A stretch of DNA of 10,272 nucleotides from an uncultured Thermococci archaeon (lineage in GTDB: Archaea > Methanobacteriota_B > Thermococci > Thermococcales > Thermococcaceae): NCBI GenBank assembly GCA_964615185.1, contig CAZTOS010000038.1, forward strand, positions 10,837-21,108, written 5' to 3'. A model generated the notes under the pieces. It saw nothing but the letters and a program-made list of their open reading frames with translations. It had not been told where the DNA came from and did not search any database. A program made the translations under genes and the position numbers. Shown piece by piece: positions 1 through 7,340 of this stretch (position 1 is its first letter; every line of letters begins with the position of its first letter).

Positions 1-600
1 GCCCCTCTTTAGGTTGTACCCTTCATGAACCGAAATCAGAGTGTAATCCTCTGTCTTGGTTTCAACAAGGAAATCTTTATAGCCTGTCCTATAGAGGATG
101 TTAAAAACTCTGTCTGATTCCTCCACTAGGAAAAATCCATCTTCCTTGAGAACGTAAGAGGCGTTTGCAAAAATTTTCACTGTATCAAAGGGATCAAAGT
201 GAGGCATTGTCAATCCCCAGAGTATGGCGATATCATAGCGAGATTCTCTAAAATACCTGTGCAACTCTCTGATATCTGCTACCACAGTATTTGTCCTTAT
301 GTTCTTAACTCCATATGCCCTAATCCACTCGTTAACGAAATGCAGGTCTTTTTCTCTAAGATCAACAGCCGTCAGCTCAACTTTGACTCCTTCATCACTG
401 AGAGCCTTAGATAATGCAACACCAGCAATTCCGGTTCCAGCCGCTAAATCGAGGATGGAAATTTCTTTTTTTCTTTCAATTATGTATTTTTCGATTAAAT
501 TCGTGAAAACTTGCCTAATTCTCTCAAACCTTCTCCTTGCGCTCTCTTCATCTGGATGCATGGGCCAGTGAAGAAATTCATAGAGTTTTTCGAGGCTCAT
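1..600 (-). CDS. Class I SAM-dependent methyltransferase (5' part; runs off the left window edge)
   Basis: Manual translation from ATG at 600 gives 200 open codons to the edge: MSLEKLYEFLHWPMHPDEESARRRFERIRQ...ISILDLAAGTGIAGVAL...LTAVDLRE...VVADIREL...YDIAILWGLTMPHF...VLKEDGFFLVEE. Motif I (LDLAAGTG), the acidic residue ending beta2 (AVD), and the YDIA and LKEDG motifs are present. It is absent from the ORF track because there is no stop in the window. Confidence 0.9.
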   Translation of the reverse strand, partial: MSLEKLYEFLHWPMHPDEESARRRFERIRQVFTNLIEKYIIERKKEISILDLAAGTGIAGVALSKALSDEGVKVELTAVDLREKDLHFVNEWIRAYGVKNIRTNTVVADIRELHRYFRESRYDIAILWGLTMPHFDPFDTVKIFANASYVLKEDGFFLVEESDRVFNILYRTGYKDFLVETKTEDYTLISVHEGYNLKRG

Positions 601-710
601 ATTCGCTCACTCACACGTGGTTAGTTATTGAGAGTTTTAAACTTTTGTTGGCTTTTACATTGCGGCAAATGGTTTTGCAAGGAAGGCTGGGGGGTGAAAC
701 CACTGGCAGT

Positions 711-851
711 AATGCAGAGGAGACCATCTTAGCGTTCACGAAGAATTGGTTCTACAGCGTCAAGAAGCTTAAGTCCCTTGGATGAAGGTAGAAAATAGAA
801 CTTGAAGAAGGTGTTATGGAAGTTGTAGAGTGGCTACTTTCGACAGAACAG
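711..851 (+). pseudogene. Relic of the C-terminus of an NAD-dependent epimerase/dehydratase (extended SDR)
   Basis: One frame reads NAEETILAFTKNWFYSVKKLKSLG*R*KIELEEGVMEVVEWLLSTEQ. This resembles the SDR-epimerase C-terminal pattern YS..K.K.LGW.PK..LEEG....VEW, with stops at 783-785 (TGA at the expected Trp) and 789-791. Confidence 0.55.
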
Positions 852-1307
852 CTACTTCAGGACAACAATGTTGCTCATACCCCTTCGCCTCCTCTCTATT
901 AAGCCTTTCGCCTCTAATCTATCCAAAACCACGGAAAGCGTGCTCTTTGGAAAGCCTGTTTTTTCTAAAAGTTCTTTTTGAAGCATGACTCCGTTGTTTT
1001 GGATTAAAATCATATAGACTTCTTTTTCTTTACCCTCCAGAGTTTTCAGGATGCCCTCCCACTTTTCCCTGCTCGGGAACTCTGTCTTTCTGGTAAAGAA
1101 GAAATAGCCCAAGCAGAAGCCGGCCACGAGCGAGAAAATTATCGTAAAAATAAACTCTTCGTAGCTGTAAACCTTTGGGATTTCCTGAGTGAAGAAGTTG
1201 GTACCGTTAAAATACGTTATCTTCAAAGTAGAAGGGGAGGAAAGCTTTGAGAGGATGAAATAGATAGAGAGAACCAAAAGGGCGGTAAAAATCAAATCTT
1301 CTCTCAC
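852..1307 (-). CDS. Membrane-anchored winged-helix (MarR/HTH_24-like) transcriptional regulator
   Basis: Two hydrophobic segments (LIFTALLVLSIYFIL; FIFTIIFSLVAGFCLGYFFF) precede a wHTH (LEGKEKEVYMILIQNNGVMLQKELLEKTGFPKSTLSVVLDRLEAKGLIERRRRGMSNIVVLK). The start is probably GTG at 1307, giving a GTGA overlap with the upstream stop; ATG at 1322 is the alternative. Confidence 0.85.
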   Translation of the reverse strand: MREDLIFTALLVLSIYFILSKLSSPSTLKITYFNGTNFFTQEIPKVYSYEEFIFTIIFSLVAGFCLGYFFFTRKTEFPSREKWEGILKTLEGKEKEVYMILIQNNGVMLQKELLEKTGFPKSTLSVVLDRLEAKGLIERRRRGMSNIVVLK

Positions 1308-2872
1308 TTTCTCCACTTCCATGCCAGGACACCCGCTCCGATAGCTATTGCGATTATTAATATCACAATCTCCCTTTTAACACTTTTTGGCTCTTGGATA
1401 ACACTGACCTGTGTGATTATAACATCCTCCGTTGGTATCTCTATTTCTCTAAGGCTAAAGCCGCTCTCTGCGTTTCGACCCCTCAGGAGAATATAAGCTC
1501 CTCCCTCTGCCGCATCTTTCATGTATGTCCACTTCTTCCACCAGAGTATTCTCATGTTGTAGCCAGCCGCTCCTGGATGGGCTAGCTTCGTGATTTCTTC
1601 GATATCTTCCTTCGTCAGCCCCTTAATTATCCCAACGCTCAAAAGCCACTCTAACTCTCTCTTTAGAGCCTCTTTTGCATCCCTATCGTCAAAGTTGGCA
1701 TAGGGGATGTCCTGAGTGACCTCCTCCACTTTGGCATTTTCAATGGCTTTTCTCAGTTCTTCCTCCTCTTCGTTGCTTAGAGGAATGATTGCCTTTACCA
1801 CCTCGATAATTTCGCCACTCATTTCTCTTGGGTCAAAGCCCTCGCTGTAAATCTCGATGATGGTATAGCCACTCATAATGTCTTCATTCGTTTCCTTGTT
1901 TCCGTGCTCAACCTTAAATTCCGGAAATATCATTATATCTATGTGCTTGAGTAGCATTCCCGAACGCTCGACGTATCCAGCACGAATTCTGTAGTATGCA
2001 TATTCTTTGTTGCCAATCGTTACGTTCTTTGCTTCACCTCCTCCGATTTCCCATCCCTCTACCCTTGGATTCTTGTTTGGTAGTCTATAGGATAGCTTTA
2101 CAGTTATGCGAGACCTTAAAAAGGGAACGCTCTTTGTTTCAATCTTTGGCTGAATCCTGATGGCTAAGTACGGTCCCCGAATTTTATCATCTTTTGTCAT
2201 GATATTATCTTCGTATAGAATCACCGCCAAGTCATCACGGTAATGGGACTTGTATATGTAGGCTTTCTTACTCGGTGGGAGCGGCGACTTTTCCTCCATA
2301 ACCTCTTCCTCCACAACCTGTGCATGGTCAATTGCTTCTTCAATTTTTTTGACTTCAACGTCGCTTAGTGGCATTAAGGCTTTTAGGAGCTCCACAATTT
2401 CGGATTTTTTCGCTTTAATTCCTTTTCCATGTATGTGTATATGCGTTTCTTCCTTCTCATCTTCATCTTCCCTCTCAACGGCAACACCAATGTTAATTCC
2501 TTCTTTTGATGCTAAAACAACAGTCACTTTGCCGTATTTGGTCTCCTTCACGCCGTATTTGATTTCCCATCCCTTGAATTCCGTTAGATTTGTGTTCAGC
2601 TCTTTCTTTTCAAGCTCAATGTCCGTAAAGCATACGTCATCGACCCCGCATTCTCTCCTTGCTTTTGTTATTGTTACCTTTGTTTCAGAGTTTAGTGTAG
2701 GCTCAATTTTAATGACGTTTTTTGCATTCTCCAGTATGCTCAGGTCGTAAGTAATATCGGGTTTGTTCAACAGCACTTCGACGGCAAATACCTCCTCTGG
2801 TGGAGTGAGGTATGCAGTCGCTAACTCAAAAAATAACACCCCCACGACCAAGAGTGCCAAGGTTCTTTTCAT
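1304..2872 (-). CDS. Secreted cell-surface protein with C-terminal membrane anchor and internal duplicated domain
   Basis: The likely start is ATG 2872 (MKRTLALLVVGVLFFELATA, signal peptide) with a GGTGG RBS. The C-terminal TM segment IVILIIAIAIGAGVLAW is followed by KWRK. Motifs FAVEVLLNKP.ITYDLS and ALKRELEWL..VGII.GL..EDI..I...A.PG.AG.N.RI recall Thermococcales CGP-CTERM/heavy-Cys surface proteins (from memory), but no CGP motif is present. Confidence 0.8.
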   Translation of the reverse strand: MKRTLALLVVGVLFFELATAYLTPPEEVFAVEVLLNKPDITYDLSILENAKNVIKIEPTLNSETKVTITKARRECGVDDVCFTDIELEKKELNTNLTEFKGWEIKYGVKETKYGKVTVVLASKEGINIGVAVEREDEDEKEETHIHIHGKGIKAKKSEIVELLKALMPLSDVEVKKIEEAIDHAQVVEEEVMEEKSPLPPSKKAYIYKSHYRDDLAVILYEDNIMTKDDKIRGPYLAIRIQPKIETKSVPFLRSRITVKLSYRLPNKNPRVEGWEIGGGEAKNVTIGNKEYAYYRIRAGYVERSGMLLKHIDIMIFPEFKVEHGNKETNEDIMSGYTIIEIYSEGFDPREMSGEIIEVVKAIIPLSNEEEEELRKAIENAKVEEVTQDIPYANFDDRDAKEALKRELEWLLSVGIIKGLTKEDIEEITKLAHPGAAGYNMRILWWKKWTYMKDAAEGGAYILLRGRNAESGFSLREIEIPTEDVIITQVSVIQEPKSVKREIVILIIAIAIGAGVLAWKWRK

Positions 2873-2918
2873 GCACACCACCACTATTAAATACGCATGA
2901 ACAACACTCAAGCCTTGC

Positions 2919-2944
2919 TTTGAACTGGTTCAAACTGGTTTAAA
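2919..2944. promoter_or_regulatory. Palindromic/tandem operator-like site upstream of the surface protein-wHTH operon
   Basis: TTTGAAC-TG-GTTCAAA (2919-2934) has perfect 7-bp arms and overlaps a second degenerate copy. AACTGGTT repeats at 2923 and 2933, one helical turn apart. Confidence 0.55.
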
Positions 2945-3373
2945 ACAGGAATGATTTATGCTGTCAATCATGCAAGTCAGCGTTACTTTTTTCTTTTGAA
3001 AGCTTTAGGATGGTGCCAGTAATTGAAAGTTCACTCAGAGTAAAGCTCTTAAAATACTTTCCAGTTTGATAATGCTTCGGAAAGATCACTTTGTGAGGGT
3101 CTCAAAGAAGGCCGAAAGGCATCTGAAAATCAATTCTCAGCAGTTAAGACTCTTGGGGTGGTCAAGTAACTGCTGCAGGACTTGTTATTAATCAGTACCA
3201 TTACTATGAGCTTGATGTTTCCTCGAACAGAGATTTTTAGGAAAATGGAGGTTGCCTTTCTATTGATGACGTTTGTTTCCTTGCTACCGTTTGTGCATGG
3301 TGTTTAAATCATGAGATATTGTTGAAGAGTAATGTATGAAACATTCATAGTCTCAAGACTTGTCTATGACTTA

Positions 3374-3387
3374 GGAAAGAATTTAAG
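3374..3387 (+). promoter_or_regulatory. Putative BRE/TATA promoter of the lipoprotein gene
   Basis: GGAAAGAA followed by TTTAAG, about 35-40 nt before ATG 3422. Confidence 0.45.
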
Positions 3388-3421
3388 AAAGGACAGATGA
3401 AACATCTTGGGGGGTAAAGGA

Positions 3422-4351
3422 ATGAGAAAGTTGGGAGTTTTGCTGGTTGGAATACTGCTTGTTGGTTTAGTTGCTGGCTGTATTGGCGGTAAATCTACCT
3501 CTACAACCTCAACAACTGCTCAAACTTCAACTCAAGCAACTTCAGCAACATCTACCATCACAAATATGCCAACAACTACAACTTCATCTCCCTCAGAAAC
3601 AATGACCCAAACTAAAACACAAATACAACTGAAGATTTATTCTCGTGAAGAGCTGTTAAAGAACTTAAGAAAAATTAAGCAGTTTACGTATCTTGAAAAC
3701 GTAAGCGTAACTCTCGACGTCAAAATTAAGCAGGGAAACCTCACGTTTAACGCTGGTGAGGTTAGTATAACTTCAAAGAAAGTAGGTTATGTGGATTTGA
3801 TAAATAAGGAAGCTGATATAAACACAACTACAACAACTTTCCCTGGTGGCGCAACGACATTCACAAGAGAGGTCATTAAGGATGGAGAGATTTATTTGTA
3901 TTCAAGTGGAGTATGGGAAAGGCTCACAAATGAGAGTTTTGTTCTTCCTCCCGAGGCTGTCCTAAACTTAACTTGGGAATACAACACAGTGAGTTTTGTT
4001 GAAAAATATCTTCAAAAAGAGCCATTTAATAAAACTATTGAGAACGGAACTCAGATTTTTTATTACAACGTAACAACGGAGGACTTAAATCAACTGGTGA
4101 GGTTTTTCATTGGCTTCAAAGATACAAACGTAACATTTAATGTCAGCAATGGGATTTTAGAGGTTAAATTTAGAAATGGAAATTTCATTGGTGGGAGGGT
4201 AGCATACAATATAGGAATTAAAATCTTAACAAAAGACCCTCAGGGAAGAACAGTTGAAGTTATTGAAACTGGTAGGGAGTATGAAGAGTTCGTTGTTAAA
4301 GACATTAACGTGAAAAAGAATGTGAAAAAGCCGATGTCATATAAAGCCTAA
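3422..4351 (+). CDS. Lipoprotein with Thr/Ser-rich linker and a beta-rich extracellular domain
   Basis: ATG 3422 follows a GGGGGT RBS. MRKLGVLLVGILLVGLVAG-C gives a lipobox, followed by a Thr-rich stalk and 10 N-X-S/T sequons counted in the mature domain. Confidence 0.85.
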   Translation: MRKLGVLLVGILLVGLVAGCIGGKSTSTTSTTAQTSTQATSATSTITNMPTTTTSSPSETMTQTKTQIQLKIYSREELLKNLRKIKQFTYLENVSVTLDVKIKQGNLTFNAGEVSITSKKVGYVDLINKEADINTTTTTFPGGATTFTREVIKDGEIYLYSSGVWERLTNESFVLPPEAVLNLTWEYNTVSFVEKYLQKEPFNKTIENGTQIFYYNVTTEDLNQLVRFFIGFKDTNVTFNVSNGILEVKFRNGNFIGGRVAYNIGIKILTKDPQGRTVEVIETGREYEEFVVKDINVKKNVKKPMSYKA

Positions 4352-5046
4352 CTTAAGCTGACAATCTCAAAAGAGCCATGGGCTAAATCGACTATTAACA
4401 ACTTGTTTGCCAGTGGCTCCCCATATCCTGTGACAAGCTTAACTACTTCCGCCGCTTGGATGGTTCCAACAACTCCAGCTGTTGCCCCTAAAATTGGGAA
4501 CTTTTCCTTTTTCTTTGGCGGCTTTGGGAATATTTCCCTTAGGCTTTTTGTCTTTCTGGGGATTATGGTTGTGACTTGTCCAAACATTCCTTCAACTGCT
4601 CCATGAACCAATGGAATTTTTCTTTTATGTGCAAATTCATCCAAAAGATATCTTGTTTCAAAATTGTCCAAACAGTCAACTATAACGTCAACACCAGCTA
4701 AAACTTCTTCAATATTCTCTTTTGTCAATCTTCCTACAAATGTTTCGATTTTTATGTCTGAATTGAACCTTTCAAGCTTCCATTTGGCTGAGAGAGGTTT
4801 GGGATTTTTATCTATGTCCTCCTCCCAGTGAAGTATCTGCCGGTTTAAGTTGCTCAGCTCTGGTGTTTGCTCATCAATTAAGAGTAAAGTCCCAACTCCT
4901 GCTGCAGCTAAATAATAAGCAACTGGGCTTCCAAGTCCTCCAACTCCTACAACAGCTACCTTAGCATTTTTGAGCTTTTCTTGACCCTTTACTCCAAAAA
5001 TTTTAATCTGTCTATCATACCTATCAAGTTCTCTTTCGGTTAGCAT
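4348..5046 (-). CDS. moeB: ThiF/MoeB family E1-like adenylyltransferase (UbaA-type, activates MoaD/SAMP)
   Basis: RYDRQI, GQEKLK, VVGVGGLGS nucleotide-binding loop, SNLNRQ and DCLDNFETR motifs; GGAGG RBS; lies downstream of a MoaD/SAMP gene. Confidence 0.93.
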   Translation of the reverse strand: MLTERELDRYDRQIKIFGVKGQEKLKNAKVAVVGVGGLGSPVAYYLAAAGVGTLLLIDEQTPELSNLNRQILHWEEDIDKNPKPLSAKWKLERFNSDIKIETFVGRLTKENIEEVLAGVDVIVDCLDNFETRYLLDEFAHKRKIPLVHGAVEGMFGQVTTIIPRKTKSLREIFPKPPKKKEKFPILGATAGVVGTIQAAEVVKLVTGYGEPLANKLLIVDLAHGSFEIVSLS

Positions 5047-5049
5047 TTT

Positions 5050-5454
5050 TTAAACCTCCAGAAGGTTTAAACCAAATTTTTTGAGTCTTTCAAAGTGTTT
5101 TACATTGTTTGTAAGGATTGGAATGTTGTGTGAAATTGCGATTGAGCCAATCAACAAATCTCTTACATCAATTGGTTCTCCTCCTTTTGAAAGCTCCGCT
5201 GCAATTTTTCCAGCAATTTCGGCAGATACTTCGTCAAGTTCAAGAATTAGTAATGTGTTTAAAAAAGTCTTGACTTCAAGCAATCTTCTCTCTCTTTTGT
5301 GAGACTTATATGCGCCGAAATATAATTCAAAAACAGTTATCGTTGTTACGATGAATTGATAAGTTTCTCTTAGTCTTTTCAGTTTCTCAACAGTGTCACG
5401 TTTTCCTCTGAGAAAATCAATTACAACATCGGTGTCAAGAATCAGATTTTCCAT
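5050..5454 (-). CDS. vapC: PIN-domain ribonuclease toxin (VapC)
   Basis: LILDTDVVID, TITVFEL, DLLIGSIA and ILTNNVKHF contain the PIN acidic residues. The probable start is ATG 5454 (MENLILDTD), overlapping the antitoxin stop. Confidence 0.92.
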   Translation of the reverse strand: MENLILDTDVVIDFLRGKRDTVEKLKRLRETYQFIVTTITVFELYFGAYKSHKRERRLLEVKTFLNTLLILELDEVSAEIAGKIAAELSKGGEPIDVRDLLIGSIAISHNIPILTNNVKHFERLKKFGLNLLEV

Positions 5455-5630
5455 GAATTCCACATCCGTTTTATAGTTGCTTTGAACTCTTCCGCTTCTT
5501 CCTCGCTCATATCCTTCCAGACACCAGCAAAGTCCATGAAATCAGGCTTCTCTGTAAAGAATATTTTGATTATCCTTTTTACTTCTTCTTCGTCTACCCA
5601 ATCTGGAACCTCTATCTTTATTACTTTCAT
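5442..5630 (-). CDS. Putative VapB-type antitoxin (62 aa)
   Basis: Small acidic ORF directly upstream of and overlapping vapC. The C-terminal FAGVWKDMSEEEAEEF is typical of archaeal VapB tails. ATG 5630 lies 1 nt after the moaD stop. Confidence 0.75.
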   Translation of the reverse strand: MKVIKIEVPDWVDEEEVKRIIKIFFTEKPDFMDFAGVWKDMSEEEAEEFKATIKRMWNSWKI

Positions 5631-5631
5631 C

Positions 5632-5895
5632 TCAACCACCACTCGCCGGCGGGAAAAGGGCGACAACATCTCCATCTTTTAGTTCCTCATCAAAGCTTAC
5701 ATAGCTCCCATTCCTTGATATATTGACATCAGCATCCTCATTTTGTTCAAAAACTTCATCTCTGAACTTCGGATGTCTCTCTTTTATGATTTCGATTAAA
5801 TCTTTCACCTTACCATCATCGGAAATTTCTACAATCTCCTCGCTAACTCCAGCAAGCTCTCTAAAGCGGGCAAAATATTTTACTTTAACCTTCAT
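5632..5895 (-). CDS. moaD: MoaD/ThiS/SAMP ubiquitin-like sulfur carrier
   Basis: MKVKVKYFARFRELAG N-terminus and LKDGDVVALFPPASGG C-terminal di-glycine; GGTGA RBS. Confidence 0.93.
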   Translation of the reverse strand: MKVKVKYFARFRELAGVSEEIVEISDDGKVKDLIEIIKERHPKFRDEVFEQNEDADVNISRNGSYVSFDEELKDGDVVALFPPASGG

Positions 5896-5947
5896 GCTAT
5901 CACCAAGAAATTTAACGCCCTATAATTTAAAAAAGGTTTGTGCAGAG

Positions 5948-6454
5948 CTACCATGGAACGCTCTTCCATCCCATTTTATATGCAAATATGTTGGCAAACC
6001 AGTGAATAAAAGGCGTAACTGCCAGCAAAAACAAAACCTGTCCAGTTGAAAGCGTTTTTATAGGATATGCGAGAATTAAAGCTGTGATTAAAAATCCCCA
6101 TTGGTCCAGTCCCACAGCAGGATAACCTCTCTCCATCCCTATTCTTCTCTTCACAAAGCTTCCAATTAGATCACCAAGAAGAGCTCCTAAAGAGAGGGCA
6201 AATCCTAATTTTAATGCCATAGTAAGAGAGCCATAGAAATTTGGGGTTATGTGATATTGGATAAGGGTGATAAAAACACCCGTGAATAACCCTCCGAAAA
6301 ATCCCCTCCAGGTTTTCCCATCTCCCAATAGACGTTTTCCATCAATGAATTCCTTACCAAAGTCCATTGGAGTCTTCCCTTTAAATATCACGGGGGATGC
6401 ATTTGCGAAATATGCTGGAAGAATGTACCAAAGCGCCTCAAACAGAGGATTCAT
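5948..6454 (-). CDS. carS: CDP-2,3-bis-(O-geranylgeranyl)-sn-glycerol (CDP-archaeol) synthase
   Basis: PAYFANASPV, P.DFGK...DGKRLLGDGKTWRG, GALLGDLIGSFVKRRIG and LDQ motifs in a polytopic membrane protein of 168 aa. Confidence 0.95.
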   Translation of the reverse strand: MNPLFEALWYILPAYFANASPVIFKGKTPMDFGKEFIDGKRLLGDGKTWRGFFGGLFTGVFITLIQYHITPNFYGSLTMALKLGFALSLGALLGDLIGSFVKRRIGMERGYPAVGLDQWGFLITALILAYPIKTLSTGQVLFLLAVTPFIHWFANIFAYKMGWKSVPW

Positions 6455-6487
6455 TTAATCACCTGCATGATTTTCTTGCTTTCCTTT

Positions 6488-7015
6488 TTAAGCTCTTTCC
6501 TTTTCGACTTCATGTAGGCAGAGGATTAATTTTTCGAGGAGCTTCTCTTCATCACTTCTTATGAGCAATTTTATAATTCTCTCCGTTATTTCATTCTTTT
6601 TGAGCATAAATTTAAGTTTTTCCCGTATTTTCTTTGCTTCTTCACTTTTATCCTCTTTGATTTCTTCAAGGGCTTTTTGAACATTTATTCTTGTTTGTCG
6701 AATGTCTTCAAGAAGTTTGTTGTAATACGCCGCTTTTCTCCATTCTCTTAGATTTTTTATTGCTGTAAAGTATGCTTTTTTGTCTCCTGGCTTTTTAATT
6801 CTTGTAACTAAGCCAACACTTTCGAGGAGCTTTAAGGCGGAACTCACATGAGAAATAGAGTATCCTGTTCTCTTTGCAATCTCACCCAAGCTTAATGGCT
6901 CATCAGCAAAGAACAAAACACCGTAAATGTATCCATAGAGCTCGCTTAATCCAAACCTCCTTGCGGCGTTTGCGAAGTGGTTCATCATAATCCTTCTTGC
7001 TTCTTCAATTCCCAA
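6488..7015 (-). CDS. GbsR/MarR-family winged-helix transcriptional regulator
   Basis: FGLSELYGYIYGVLFFADEPLSLGEIAKRTGYSISHVSSALKLLESVGLVTRIKKPGDKKAYF followed by a coiled-coil C-terminus. The probable start is TTG 7015 behind GAGGTGA; GTG 7024 is the alternative. Confidence 0.88.
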   Translation of the reverse strand: MGIEEARRIMMNHFANAARRFGLSELYGYIYGVLFFADEPLSLGEIAKRTGYSISHVSSALKLLESVGLVTRIKKPGDKKAYFTAIKNLREWRKAAYYNKLLEDIRQTRINVQKALEEIKEDKSEEAKKIREKLKFMLKKNEITERIIKLLIRSDEEKLLEKLILCLHEVEKERA

Positions 7016-7020
7016 CAGGA

Positions 7021-7248
7021 TCACCTCGCACAGATTAGAGTTTCGGTATATAAAATGTCTTTATTCTCTTTTAAGATTTCGTTCCTAAGCTCGTTTAATC
7101 TTTGCAAATTTTCAACTTCCACTTTGGCAATGACATCATAGTCCCCATAAAGGCTGTAAGCTTCTTTGACCTCTGGAATTTTCCTGAGAGTTTTTGCAGT
7201 TTCCTTCTCTTTTCCATTTTTAGTTGTGATTAATATAAAGGCAATCAT
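7021..7248 (-). CDS. Stand-alone Lrp/AsnC ligand-binding (RAM) domain protein
   Basis: AFILI...G.E......L..IPEVKEAYSLYGDYDVIAKVEV......I..TETLI with no HTH; GGTGA RBS at 7256-7260. Confidence 0.9.
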   Translation of the reverse strand: MIAFILITTKNGKEKETAKTLRKIPEVKEAYSLYGDYDVIAKVEVENLQRLNELRNEILKENKDILYTETLICAR

Positions 7249-7285
7249 CCAATGATCACCAAAAGATTTTTAAATTTTCATATAG

Positions 7286-7311
7286 ATAAAACTTTCGGAA
7301 ATTTTCAAAAG
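7286..7311 (-). promoter_or_regulatory. Promoter with overlapping inverted repeat for the Lrp-GbsR-carS unit
   Basis: CTTTCGGAAATTTTCAAAAG (7292-7311) matches its reverse complement at 16/20 positions. It overlaps a BRE-like GAAAG next to TTTTAT on the minus strand. Confidence 0.5.
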
Positions 7312-7340
7312 ATGTGGAAATATAGTTGTATTTTTCTTTT

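Noticed and set aside
199..785. Plus-strand ORFs 199-414, 299-571 and 537-785
   Set aside because: They are shadows of the minus-strand methyltransferase. Only the last ~25 codons of 537-785 are retained, as a pseudogene relic.
3263..3314. Possible C/D box sRNA (TTGATGA ... ATGA)
   Set aside because: The C box is imperfect, there is no CTGA D box, and no convincing D'/C' pair is present.
3495..3625. ACA/ACT/TCA-rich low-complexity repeats
   Set aside because: Explained by the Thr/Ser linker of the lipoprotein; there is no repeat-spacer periodicity of a CRISPR array.
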